Of a DNA stretch of 64,000 nt, positions 52,902 to 62,837 are shown one piece after another. The DNA is from an uncultured Gemmatimonadales bacterium (GTDB lineage Bacteria; Gemmatimonadota; Gemmatimonadetes; Longimicrobiales; RSA9): assembly GCA_963741945.1 (NCBI GenBank), contig CAVUKA010000005.1, positions 587,434-651,433 on the forward strand, in the 5' to 3' direction. The notes beneath the pieces were generated by a model that did not search any database, had not been told where the DNA came from, and saw nothing but the letters and a program-made list of their open reading frames with translations. The position numbers and the translations under genes were made by a program. Position 1 is the stretch's first letter. Each line of letters begins with the position of its first letter.

Positions 52902-54071
52902 TCACCGGTCCCGCGCCAGCGTGGGGTGGTGCCCCGGGCCATGACGCGCGGACTCCGCCGCCCCCTCGCCGCCCTCCAGCACGGCGTCGTACTCGGCCTG
53001 CAGGTGGCCCAGCATCGCCTCCCGCCGGCGGAACAGCCGCTTCGGCTCCCGCGGCGCATGCTTCCCCAGCGCGTACCCCGTCAGCAGCGGCAACGCGATG
53101 GTGGTGTCCGTGTAGCAGACGACGGCGTCCGGCAGCATGTCCGGGTCCACTTTCCCCCAGCTCACCGCCTCCGCCGGCGTGGCGCCACTCAGCCCGCCCG
53201 TGTCCGGGCGGGCGTCCGTGACCTGGAGGAAGTAGTCGTGCCCCTTCTCCTCGATCCCGAGCACTTCCTGGATCTGCGGCTCCGTCTGGAGCATGAAGTT
53301 CTTCGGGCTCCCGCCGCCCAGGATCAGCACCGCGCTCCGGCCGCCGGCCCGCTTCGCGTCCAGCACGATGCTCGCCGTCTCGTTCACGTCGGCGTTCACG
53401 TCGAAGGACAGCCGGTTCCCCTGGAGCGCCATCGCCGCCACGTTCATCCCGATGGAGCTGTCCCCCGGCGACGACGTGTAGACCGGGACGTCGTACTCGT
53501 GGCACGCGGCCAGCAGCGACTTCCGGCTCTCCCCCGTCTGGTTCAGCTTCCGCTCCCGCTCCGCCACGTACTTCCCGCACAGGTGGTGGAACTCCGCCGT
53601 GGACATCGCCCCCTGGAACTCCTCGCCCTGGATGATCTGCCGGAAGAACGCGTCCGTGTCCAGCAGCACCGAGTAGTCGAAGAAGATGTCGTAGATCCGG
53701 ACCACCTCCTCGTCCCGCAGCGCCACGTCGCTGACGAACGGGTTGCCGTGGTGGAGCGGGAGCCCCAGCCCGTAGTGGGTGTCGTGGTACAGGTTCGCGC
53801 CCGTGGAGATGATCCAGTCGATGAAGCCGGCCTCGATGAGCGGGATCAGCGCCGACACCCCAAGCCCGGCGGGCGTCAGCGCGCCGGTGACGGAAACGCC
53901 GATGGTGACGTCGTCGTCCAGCATCTTCTCCGTGAACAGCCGGCACGCCTCGCGCAGCCGGCCGGCGTTGTAGGACGCGAAGGTGCCGTCCACCAGCTCG
54001 TCCACGGTCATGCCGCCGCGGATGCGCACGGGGTCGATACGGGGTCCGGAAAGGTGCTTGGACTGGTTCAT
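52902..54071 (-). CDS. Deoxyhypusine synthase-like protein (probable homospermidine synthase)
   Basis: [45 protein letters not shown] (catalytic Lys present). Confidence 0.9.
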   Translation of the reverse strand: MNQSKHLSGPRIDPVRIRGGMTVDELVDGTFASYNAGRLREACRLFTEKMLDDDVTIGVSVTGALTPAGLGVSALIPLIEAGFIDWIISTGANLYHDTHYGLGLPLHHGNPFVSDVALRDEEVVRIYDIFFDYSVLLDTDAFFRQIIQGEEFQGAMSTAEFHHLCGKYVAERERKLNQTGESRKSLLAACHEYDVPVYTSSPGDSSIGMNVAAMALQGNRLSFDVNADVNETASIVLDAKRAGGRSAVLILGGGSPKNFMLQTEPQIQEVLGIEEKGHDYFLQVTDARPDTGGLSGATPAEAVSWGKVDPDMLPDAVVCYTDTTIALPLLTGYALGKHAPREPKRLFRRREAMLGHLQAEYDAVLEGGEGAAESARHGPGHHPTLARDR

Positions 54072-54140
54072 GGGGTGCTTTCGAGCTCTGGTGCTGTGGC
54101 CGGGTGATGCGCGGCACCGCGCGGGGATGGCTTCGGGCGG

Positions 54141-54169
54141 AAGGTCCGGCGGAGGCGGGGCGAAGTCAA
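54141..54169 (-). promoter_or_regulatory. Putative sigma-70-type promoter TTGACT-N17-GACCTT
   Basis: 17-bp spacing; 70 bp upstream of the DHS-like start. Confidence 0.5.
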
Positions 54170-54177
54170 GCCATGGC

Positions 54178-55321
54178 TCACACCGTGAGCCCGGCCGACT
54201 CCAGCTCGTCCCTCGCGGTGGCGGAGCGATCCTCAGGCGCCTGACCCCTCGCCCACTCCGCCAGCGCTTCGATCCCTTCCTCGAACGCCACCCGCGCCTC
54301 GAAGCCGAGCCGCTCGCGGGCACGACCCGTATCGGCGAAGCAGTGCCGGATGTCGCCCTGCCGGAAGCGCCCGGTCAGCTCGAGCGCGGGCCCGCCAAGG
54401 CGAGTCCGGAGCGCCTCCACCATGGTGAGCAGGTCGAGGGAGCGTCCGGTACCGACGTTGTGAGCCATGCCCACGGCGTCATCCCGCTCCAGCGCCAGGA
54501 GGTTGGCCCGGACGACGTCGCTCACGTGGATGAAGTCCCGGCTCTGGCGCCCGTCCTCGAAGATGAGCGGCGGGCGGTCGTTCAGGAGCCGGGACGCGAA
54601 GATCGCCGCGACGCCCGTGTACGGGTTCCCCAGCGACTGGCGGGGACCGTACACGTTGAAGTAGCGGAGCGCCACCGTGGGAATGCCGTACGCGGCTCCA
54701 ACCGAAAGGAACAGCTCCTCGTGGTCCCGCTTCGTGACCGCGTACACCGACGTGGGCTGCAGCGGCTTCGATTCCGGCGTGGCCAGCGCCTCCACCACCC
54801 GGGCGCACACCGGACAGTGCATCTCGTAATCGCGCGCCTCCAGCTGCGCCGCCCCTCGCAGCGGCGGCGCCACGTCACCGTGCTCCGGACAGCGGTACCG
54901 CCCCTCGCCGTAGATCGACATCGAGCTGGCGACGACCGCGCGCCGGATCCGGTCCTTCCTCGCCACCATGCCCTCCAGCAGCACTGCGGCGCCCAGCGCG
55001 TTGGCGCGGACGTAGTCGGCGATCCGGTACATGGACTGGCCCACGCCCACGGCCGCGGCCTCGTGGAACACCATATCCACGTCCTCGAGCGCCGCGCTCA
55101 CGGCCGCCGGATCCGTCACATCCCCGTGGATGAACTCCACGCGACCCGACCGCCACGTGCCCCGTGATGAGGCGAGGCTCCGTGGCGCCCTCACCGTGGA
55201 CCTGGGGATCGAGCGCGTCGAGCACCCGGACCCGGTCCCCCCGCTCCACGAGGGCGTCCACGACATGAGAGCCGATGAAGCCGGCTCCTCCGGTCACGAG
55301 GATGGTGGACACAGATTCCAA
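54178..55321 (-). CDS. NAD-dependent nucleotide-sugar epimerase/dehydratase; frameshifted near 55150
   Basis: [11 protein letters not shown] in one frame; [35 protein letters not shown] and RDFIHV in the next frame. Confidence 0.9.
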
Positions 55322-55366
55322 CTCCGATCAGGTGCAGTGGGCGTCCGCGAGGCTGGGGTCCGGCCC

Positions 55367-55395
55367 AAGCTTCCGCCGCCCGGACGCGAAGTCAA
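55367..55395 (-). promoter_or_regulatory. Putative sigma-70-type promoter TTGACT-N17-AAGCTT
   Basis: 17-bp spacing; about 45 bp upstream of the epimerase start. Confidence 0.5.
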
Positions 55396-55775
55396 GGCGA
55401 GGCGCGGGGGCCGCGGGGGCGCGCGGGGGCGCGGGGGCGCCTGACGGTACCCGACGGGTGAGTGTACTATCGACGGCGCTATGTGCCGTAGTGCGTTCGG
55501 TCGCCCCGTAAGCGGCAGTCGATCGAACAGACGTCGGCACTATCTGCCGTCCAGCGTACGCTCGTTCCCGCCGCCAGGCCTCACCGGGATCCCCCGCCCC
55601 CCGCCGCCCGACCCCGCCCGCCGCCAGACGCCCGGCCCACCAGCCGGAACTCGCCAGAGCACGCAACTACCGAACGCGGGCGCGTTTGCGTAGGTTGGAT
55701 CGAGCGAGCGCCCCGGGAGCGGGCGCGCGCTGGAGCGCCTCTCCCCCTCCGGCGCCTGATTCCACGCGACTGAAC

Positions 55776-56960
55776 ATGGTGACGACGCCCTGGCCGACAG
55801 ACCCGGCGCCGGATGACCGCCGGGAGGTTTCCGTGGTGATCCCGTGCCGGAACGAGGTGGCCACCATCGGACTGTGCGTGCGCCAGGCCTTCGAGGCGCT
55901 GGAGCGCGCGGGCTATGCCGGCGAAGTGGTGGTGTGCGACAACGGCTCCACCGACGGGTCGGTGGAGGACGCCGAGCGCGCCGGCGCCATGGTGGTGCGC
56001 CAGCCGATCCGCGGCTATGGCGCCGCCTGTCTGCGCGGCCTGGAAGCGGCTTCCGGCGACATGCTCGTCCTCGTGGACGGCGACGGGACCTACGACCTCT
56101 CGCTCCTCCCCCGCTTCGTGGAGCCGCTCCGCTCCGGCTACGAGATGGTCCTCGGGACGCGCCGGAACGGGACCATGCAGCCTCGCTCCATGGGCCGGCG
56201 CCACCGCCATGTCCTGGAGCCGGTCCAGACCGCCATGTCCCGCTGGTTCTTCAACTTCCGCGTGTCCGACGTGCGCTGCGGGTTCCGCAGCATCCGCCGC
56301 GACTCGCTGGTCCGGCTCGACCTCGGCGCCACGGGGATGGAGTTCGCCAGCGAGATGGTGGTGCAGGCCGCGCGCGCGGGGCTCGACGCCGTGGAGGTCC
56401 CGGTCACGTTCCACCCACGCACGGACGCCTCGCCCCGCCGCTCCGTGGGCGACGGCTGGCGTGTCGTGCGCCAGCTTCTGCTGCTCAGCCCCTCCCGGCT
56501 CTTCCTTGTCCCGGGCTTCCTGCTCCTGCTCCTGGGCTTCGGACTCGAGCTCGCCCTGCTGCCCGGGCCGCTGCGCGTCACCGCCCGCTTCAACCTCAAC
56601 TACCACTTCATGTTCGTGGGAAGCGCACTCGCCATCCTGGGCATGCAGCTCGTCCTGCTGGGTGTGTACGCCAAGAGCTGGGTCCTCGTGAACCAGCCCG
56701 CGCTCGCCGACTCCTGGATCCGATGGCTCCACCTCCGCTACTCCCTCGAGCGCGGCGTCACCCTCGGCGGCATCCTGTTCGGCGCCGGGCTCGTCATCGA
56801 CGTGTGGATCCTCGCCGCCTGGCTCGCCGCCGGCGCCGGCGACCTGTTCGCCGTCCGCCCCGCCGTTCTGGCACTCACCCTCATGGTCGTGGGCGCCGAG
56901 ATCGTGTTCGCCTCCTTCTTCCTGAGCCTGGTCCGCGGCTCGACCTTCGGACGGGCCTGA
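55776..56960 (+). CDS. GT2 glycosyltransferase with C-terminal TM helices (DPM1-like)
   Basis: SVVIPCRNE, DNGSTDGS, GYGAA, DGDGTY, GMEFASEM. Confidence 0.9.
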   Translation: MVTTPWPTDPAPDDRREVSVVIPCRNEVATIGLCVRQAFEALERAGYAGEVVVCDNGSTDGSVEDAERAGAMVVRQPIRGYGAACLRGLEAASGDMLVLVDGDGTYDLSLLPRFVEPLRSGYEMVLGTRRNGTMQPRSMGRRHRHVLEPVQTAMSRWFFNFRVSDVRCGFRSIRRDSLVRLDLGATGMEFASEMVVQAARAGLDAVEVPVTFHPRTDASPRRSVGDGWRVVRQLLLLSPSRLFLVPGFLLLLLGFGLELALLPGPLRVTARFNLNYHFMFVGSALAILGMQLVLLGVYAKSWVLVNQPALADSWIRWLHLRYSLERGVTLGGILFGAGLVIDVWILAAWLAAGAGDLFAVRPAVLALTLMVVGAEIVFASFFLSLVRGSTFGRA

Positions 56961-57862
56961 TGGACGGCCCTCGCATCAGCATCGTCCTCCCTGTGCGAAA
57001 CGGTGGCGCACAGTTCCGCCACCTCTCGCGTCACCTCGAGCGGCTCCAGCGGCGCCTCGGAGTGCAGGTCCTGGTCATCGACTCCGGCTCCGACGACGGC
57101 ACCGCGGAGCGCGCCGAGGGCCTCGGCTTCGATGTCCACCGCATCCCGCCCGCCGATTTCGGCCACGGGCGGACCCGGAACCTCGGCGTCCAGCTCGCTC
57201 GCGGCGACGTGGTCTGCTTCATCACGGACGACGTCCTGCCCGTCACGCCCGACTGGCCGCTCCGCTTCGCCGCCGCGCTGGAGGACCGGACGGTGGCCGG
57301 CGTCTACGGGCGCCAGGTGCCGCGGGACGCGACGACCATGGAGATGTTCTTCGTCGCCCTGAACTACCCGGACACGCCCATGCGCTACGAGCCACAGCCC
57401 GGCGGCCACCATCCACGGCCTGGGCGCGTGGTCTTCTCCAACGCGTTCAGCGCCGTGCGCCGCGACGTGGCGCTGCGCCACCCGATCCCCGAGGACGCCG
57501 AGTACAGCGAGGACCAGATCTGGGCCCGACTCGCGCTGGCAAACGGCTACGCCATCGCCTACGACCCCGCGGCCGAAGCGCTCCACGCCCACGTCTACCG
57601 CCTGCGCGGCGTGTTCCGCCGCAGCTATTTCGTGGGCCGCGCCCTCCGCTCCGCCGGCATCGACCGCGGCGCCACCTTCGCCGAGTCCGCCCGCTTCCTG
57701 GCCATGGAGCTCGGCTACTTCGTCCACCAGGGACACGTCCACCGCCTGCCCCAACTCCTCCCCTACGAGTTCCTCCGCTGGGCCGGCTTCCAGGTGGGAA
57801 GGCTCAGCCAGCCGCTGGTGCGCCGCGCGTCGGCGGTGGGATGGTCGGCCAGCGATGGGTGA
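56960..57862 (+). CDS. GT2 glycosyltransferase (rhamnosyltransferase-like)
   Basis: SIVLPVRNG, IDSGSDDGT, FGHGRTRN, VYGRQ, FSNAFSA, SEDQIW. Confidence 0.88.
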   Translation: MDGPRISIVLPVRNGGAQFRHLSRHLERLQRRLGVQVLVIDSGSDDGTAERAEGLGFDVHRIPPADFGHGRTRNLGVQLARGDVVCFITDDVLPVTPDWPLRFAAALEDRTVAGVYGRQVPRDATTMEMFFVALNYPDTPMRYEPQPGGHHPRPGRVVFSNAFSAVRRDVALRHPIPEDAEYSEDQIWARLALANGYAIAYDPAAEALHAHVYRLRGVFRRSYFVGRALRSAGIDRGATFAESARFLAMELGYFVHQGHVHRLPQLLPYEFLRWAGFQVGRLSQPLVRRASAVGWSASDG

Positions 57863-58979
57863 GGGGGGGGCGGCCATGGACGGGCCTTCACCGCTTCGCT
57901 TCGACCTCGGCCGGCTTTCAGTGGAGGTCGAAGGGGCTGGTGAGCTGCGCGACACCGTGGTCACCGAGCTCCTTCCCGTCCGGCGACCAGGCAGGCGCGA
58001 CGGCAGCGCCCGCATCGTCCTGCGCTTCTCCGTTCCCGCCGGCCCCGCCGGCGATGCCGTCGGGTGCGGACCCGTCACGGTCGACGGTGCCGGGCTGCTG
58101 GTGTCACGCCTGGGGCTGCTCTACCACGTCACCGAGAAGGAAGACCACCGCCTCATCACGATCACGTCGGCGAATCCGGGCGGCGCTCCACGCTGGCTGC
58201 AGCGCCTGGGAGACTGGGGTTATCTGGACCGGGCGGGCCGGACCGCCAAGAACGTTTTCTACGACGTGCTCGATCCCTGGGGACAGGTCGACCAGCTCCG
58301 CGTGGGCCAGAGCTGGCTCCACGCAGCCGTCGTCGAACGCGATGGCGTGGCTTGCGCCCTGGCCGGGTGGGGGGGCGCAGGCAAGACGAGCGCCGCGCTC
58401 GACCTCGTCCAGCGAGGCTGGCGCCTGCTCGCCGACGACCTGGCGCCTGTTGATGACGGTGAGACGGCGTGGCGGAACCCAAAGTGGCTGCAGGTCTACG
58501 GTTATAACGTGCGCGGTGAGCCCGATCGGCAACGGCAGCTGCTGCGCGGGGCCGGCCTCCTGGATAGGGCGGCGTGGCACGTCCGCCTGGGCGTCCTCGG
58601 GCCGCGGGGCGTGCGCAGGCGGCGCTCCGCGGAGGCGTTCCTCGGCCCGGACGCGGTCGCCCGACGCGGGCAGCTGAGACACGTCTTCTTCCTGCGCCGA
58701 ACGCCGCAGCTGCGGGCGCGAGCCGCGGCGCCGGAGGACGTGGCGAAGTCCGCCGCGGCGTGCCTGCTGGAAGAGCTGAACCCCATCGTCGAGCTGAGCG
58801 CGGCCGCCCAATGCGCGGGCGGCGCCCACCTTCTCCCATCACCCGAAGAGCTCGTGGCGAGCAGCACCCGGGTGCTCTGCGCCGCGTTCGCCGACGCTGC
58901 CTGCTGGTGGCTGGACGTGCCTCCTGAAACGCCACCGAGGAAGGTCGCCGACGCCATCCAGGAGCGGGTGAACGGATGA
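57855..58979 (+). CDS. HPr-kinase-like P-loop protein
   Basis: LHAAVV...GWGGAGKTS...GWRLLADD; translationally coupled to both neighbours. Confidence 0.65.
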   Translation: MGEGGAAMDGPSPLRFDLGRLSVEVEGAGELRDTVVTELLPVRRPGRRDGSARIVLRFSVPAGPAGDAVGCGPVTVDGAGLLVSRLGLLYHVTEKEDHRLITITSANPGGAPRWLQRLGDWGYLDRAGRTAKNVFYDVLDPWGQVDQLRVGQSWLHAAVVERDGVACALAGWGGAGKTSAALDLVQRGWRLLADDLAPVDDGETAWRNPKWLQVYGYNVRGEPDRQRQLLRGAGLLDRAAWHVRLGVLGPRGVRRRRSAEAFLGPDAVARRGQLRHVFFLRRTPQLRARAAAPEDVAKSAAACLLEELNPIVELSAAAQCAGGAHLLPSPEELVASSTRVLCAAFADAACWWLDVPPETPPRKVADAIQERVNG

Positions 58980-60439
58980 CGACCAGGCACCTCCGCGAGC
59001 GGGCAGCGCGCTCCGTGGTCGCCATGGGCTCGGCGGGCCTGGGGGTCAGCGGGCTCCAGTACGTGCAGCTCGTGGTGCTCGCCCGGATCCTGGAGCCGGG
59101 CGATTTCGGCGTCATGGGGATCGCGGCAGTGATCCTCGGCAGCGCGCAGGCGGTGGCCGACCTCGGACTCAGCGCTGCGCTGATCCACAGGCAGCAGGCC
59201 AGCCGGAACGAGCTTTCCAGCATGTACTGGGCGATGGCAGCCGGCGGGCTCCTGACCGGCGCCGCGATCTGGCTCGGCGCGGGCATGCTCGGGGGCCTGC
59301 TGGACGATCCTCGCCTCGTGGTGGTGCTCCGGGTCCTCGCCGTTACGGTTCCGGTGGCCGCCATGAGCGAGCCGTTTCTGTTCCTCCTTCAGCGGGAACT
59401 CAACTTCGGGACCGTCGCCCGGATCGAAGCCAGCGCGGCTGCAGTCGCCGCGGCCACGGCGGTGGGTCTGGGCTTGGCCGGTGTGGGGGTCTACGCTCTG
59501 GTCGCCGCCTACGCCGCCCAGCTGGTCGTGCGGGCTACCGCCGGAGTCTTCGCCGGCCGGCGGGTCTGGACCCCGCACCGCCACTTCCGGTATGCAGAAG
59601 TGCGTCACGTGATGGCCTTCGGACGCTTCCAGATGGGAGAGCGCCTCCTGAACCAGTGGGCCTCCAACGCCGACTACGTACTCGTCGGGGCGCTGCTCGG
59701 CGCCGAGGTCCTGGGGGTCTACCGGATCGCCTACGAGCTGGTCCTCGCCCCCGTCTACCGCGTGGCGCCGGTGATCAGCCGCGTGGCTTTCCCCGTGTTC
59801 GCCCGAAGGCAGAACGACGCGGCCGCCCTGAGATCAGGCTTCCTCGAGATGACTCGGGTCCTCGGGTTCGTTCTCTTCCCGGCGCTGGTCGGCGCAGCCA
59901 TCCTCGCCCCCTGGCTGGTTCCCCTCGTCCTCGGCCCCGGCTGGGACGGCGTCGTGCCGTTGATCCGCGTGCTGGCCGTGGTCGGCGCGGCGAAGTCGCT
60001 CGGCAATTCCACTGGCTCGCTCCTCCTCGCCCGCGGACGCGCGGACCTCGGGTTCTACCTGAATCTCGGGGCGGCAGTCGTGTACACCGCGGCCTTCGCC
60101 GTTGCGGCCCGCCACAGTGCGCTCGCGGTCGCGACGGCATTCGCCGTGGTGAACCTGCTGTACCTCGCGGTCAGCCGCGCCGTGCTCTTCAGGCTCGTGT
60201 CCCTCGATGCCCCCGAGTACGTCCGGGCGCTGCTTCCCTCTCTTTCCGCGGCGGCGATCATGGGAGCGGTGGTGGGGCTGCTGCCGCGTGTCGCTCCCGG
60301 CCTGGCGCCCATACCCCACGTGGCCCTTGGAGTCGCCACGGGCGTGACTGCCTACGCGCTCGTTCAGCTGGCGTTCAACAGACCGTTCCTGGCTCACCTG
60401 CGCGGAATGGCGGGCCCGCTACTGGCGCGGCCGGAGTGA
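58976..60439 (+). CDS. wzx: Wzx/MOP polysaccharide flippase (WzxC-like)
   Basis: LARILEPGDFG, DLGLSAALI, ADYVLVG...LGVYRIAY, multiple TM segments. Confidence 0.9.
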   Translation: MTTRHLRERAARSVVAMGSAGLGVSGLQYVQLVVLARILEPGDFGVMGIAAVILGSAQAVADLGLSAALIHRQQASRNELSSMYWAMAAGGLLTGAAIWLGAGMLGGLLDDPRLVVVLRVLAVTVPVAAMSEPFLFLLQRELNFGTVARIEASAAAVAAATAVGLGLAGVGVYALVAAYAAQLVVRATAGVFAGRRVWTPHRHFRYAEVRHVMAFGRFQMGERLLNQWASNADYVLVGALLGAEVLGVYRIAYELVLAPVYRVAPVISRVAFPVFARRQNDAAALRSGFLEMTRVLGFVLFPALVGAAILAPWLVPLVLGPGWDGVVPLIRVLAVVGAAKSLGNSTGSLLLARGRADLGFYLNLGAAVVYTAAFAVAARHSALAVATAFAVVNLLYLAVSRAVLFRLVSLDAPEYVRALLPSLSAAAIMGAVVGLLPRVAPGLAPIPHVALGVATGVTAYALVQLAFNRPFLAHLRGMAGPLLARPE

Positions 60440-61641
60440 GCCGACCGCCCATGCGCATCGCGCTCTTCGTAGACGCGTTCCCGCTTCTCTCCGAGAGTTT
60501 CGTCGTTACGCAGCTCCGCGGGCTCCTCGAGCGTGGACACGACGTCGATGTCCTGGCGCACCATTCGCCGCACCCCTCCGCCCGCCACCCCGCCATGGAC
60601 GACGAGGCCATCGCCCGACGCGTCGTCTGGCATGTCGGCAGCCGCCCCCCCGCGTCGCCCGGGGACCGTGGCGTACGCGGCGCCGCCGGCCCGCTGGCCT
60701 ACCACATCGGTGAGATCATGGCTGCGGGCCGGTGGGCGCGCCGCCGCCCGCCACGCACCTACGACGTCGTGCACGCCCACTTCGGGCCAATGGGCCGCCG
60801 GGCTGCGACGTTGCACCGCTTCGGCATCCTCAGCGGGCCACTCGTGACCACGTTTCACGCGAACGACCTCACGGTGTTCCCGCGGCTGTATGGCAGCGGC
60901 GTGTATCGGCCGCTGTTCCGGTCAGGGGCGCTCCACCTGGCCGTCAGCGGGCACGGCGCACTCCGGCTCGGACGCCTCGGCGCGCCGCCGGACCGGACGC
61001 GTGTTCTGCACCTGGGTGTGGATACGGACGATTTTCGGTTCATGGAGCGCACGGAAGCCCGGCCGCTCCGGCTGGTGAGCGTCTGCCGTCTGGTCCCCAA
61101 GAAGGGGATGAACGTCGCCCTCGACGGGCTCGCCCGCGCTACCGAAGCCGGAGTGGACGCTCGGTACGAGATCATTGGTGACGGACCGCTGCTGTCGGAG
61201 CTGCGCCTTCAGGCGGGACGGCTGGGGCTGGATGCACGCGTCCGGTTCGCGGGATCTCTAGCGCCCGACGCGGTTCGTCAGCGCGTCATGGCCGCGGACG
61301 TCATGCTGCAGCCCAGCCTCACCGCCCCGGACGGCGACGAAGAGGGCATCCCGGTCGCGCTCATGGAAGCCATGGCGACCGGCGCCGTGCCCGTTGCGGC
61401 CCGCCATGCCGGGATCCCGGAGCTGGTCGAGGACGGGAGCTCGGGGCTCCTCGTGAACGAAGGCGACGCCCAGGGGGTCGCTGATGCGATCCGGCGCCTG
61501 GCCGGCGATCTGTCGCTTCGCGCGGACCTGGGGCGTGGCGCCCGGGCTCGCATTGAGGAGGCGTTCTCGCTCTCGGAGTACCTTGACCGGCTCGTGCAGT
61601 TCTATCGCCGGCTCTCGGCCACCGGCTTCGGGGAACCGTGA
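60436..61641 (+). CDS. GT4 glycosyltransferase (WcaL-like)
   Basis: FPLLSESFV, HAHFGP, RLVPKKG, EEGIPVALMEAMATG. Confidence 0.9.
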   Translation: MSRPPMRIALFVDAFPLLSESFVVTQLRGLLERGHDVDVLAHHSPHPSARHPAMDDEAIARRVVWHVGSRPPASPGDRGVRGAAGPLAYHIGEIMAAGRWARRRPPRTYDVVHAHFGPMGRRAATLHRFGILSGPLVTTFHANDLTVFPRLYGSGVYRPLFRSGALHLAVSGHGALRLGRLGAPPDRTRVLHLGVDTDDFRFMERTEARPLRLVSVCRLVPKKGMNVALDGLARATEAGVDARYEIIGDGPLLSELRLQAGRLGLDARVRFAGSLAPDAVRQRVMAADVMLQPSLTAPDGDEEGIPVALMEAMATGAVPVAARHAGIPELVEDGSSGLLVNEGDAQGVADAIRRLAGDLSLRADLGRGARARIEEAFSLSEYLDRLVQFYRRLSATGFGEP

Positions 61642-62837
61642 CCCGCCACACCGTCGTTTTCGCCAGCACGGTCTCGACGTTGGAAGGTGGGGCCGAGCGG
61701 AGCTTGCTCGAGCTGGCCCGCGCTCTCCCGGACCACGGCTGGACCCCCCTCCTCGCCGCCTGGAGCACCGGCCCCCTGCCCGACGCGTTCCGCGCTGCCG
61801 GCTTCGAGGTCCGGACGCTCGCCAGCGGCCGCTGCACTGATGTGGCCCGGCCCCTTGGCGGCGCCACCGCGGCCGTGCCCGGACTCTCCACCCTCACCGC
61901 GGCCGCCATGGATGGATGGGTATCCGTACGCCCACTGACACGTGAAGCCAAATGGCTGGCTGGCGTGGCCCGGGCTGCCGGAGCGGCGCTCCTGGTGTCG
62001 AACTGCGACCTGTCCACCCCCACCGTGGGGTTCGCCGCCCGTCGCGCCGGCCTGCCGCACGCGGCGTTCATCCGTGATCTCTGGCGGCGCTGGACGCACC
62101 CGCGCGTGCTGCGCGCTCTCCGGAGGGCGGAGGCGACGATGGTGCAGAGCCGCTTCATGCGCGATCGCTTCCGGCGCGCTGGACTCGACCCGCACGTGCT
62201 GCCGAGCCCCGTTGATCCCTCGGAGTTGGCCAGGGAGATGGACTCGGCGGAGAGGGCCACGCTGCGCGAGGCGCTGGGGATCCGGGGCGAGCTGGCCGTG
62301 GCGTGCGTTGGGCGGCTGGACGAGCAGAAGCGGCCGGATATCGCCATTCGCGCGGTAGCGCGTATGGCCGAGGCCGGGACCAATGCGGTCCTGCTCTGCG
62401 CTGGCGACGGTCCGCCTGCACTTCGACGCCGCCTCGAAGCGGACGCCAACCGCTGTGCGCCGGGCCGCGTCCGTTTCCTCGGACACCGCACGGACGTGGA
62501 GCAGTGGCTCCCCGCCACAGACGCGATGGTCGTCCCGGCCGAGGGCGAGCCGTTCGGTCGCATGATCGTGGAGGGCATGCTCGCGGGGCGGCCCGTGGTC
62601 GCTGCGCGGGATGGCGCCGCCCCCGAGATCCTGCGTGACGGCGTTACCGGCGTTCTCGTGCACCCCGGCGACACGGAAGGTTTCGCGGCGGCGCTGTCCG
62701 GGCTGTTTGCCGACCCTTCGCGAGCGGCGGTGATGGGGGCTGTCGCTCGCGCGGACGCCGTCGCCCGCTTCGCCCCACAAGCAGTGGCGCGGCGGGCGGC
62801 CGCGCTGTTCCGCTCTTCGGTGGAGGGCACTACGTGA
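61638..62837 (+). CDS. GT4 glycosyltransferase
   Basis: GGAERS, VGRLDEQKRP, EPFGRMIVEGMLAG. Confidence 0.9.
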   Translation: MTRHTVVFASTVSTLEGGAERSLLELARALPDHGWTPLLAAWSTGPLPDAFRAAGFEVRTLASGRCTDVARPLGGATAAVPGLSTLTAAAMDGWVSVRPLTREAKWLAGVARAAGAALLVSNCDLSTPTVGFAARRAGLPHAAFIRDLWRRWTHPRVLRALRRAEATMVQSRFMRDRFRRAGLDPHVLPSPVDPSELAREMDSAERATLREALGIRGELAVACVGRLDEQKRPDIAIRAVARMAEAGTNAVLLCAGDGPPALRRRLEADANRCAPGRVRFLGHRTDVEQWLPATDAMVVPAEGEPFGRMIVEGMLAGRPVVAARDGAAPEILRDGVTGVLVHPGDTEGFAAALSGLFADPSRAAVMGAVARADAVARFAPQAVARRAAALFRSSVEGTT

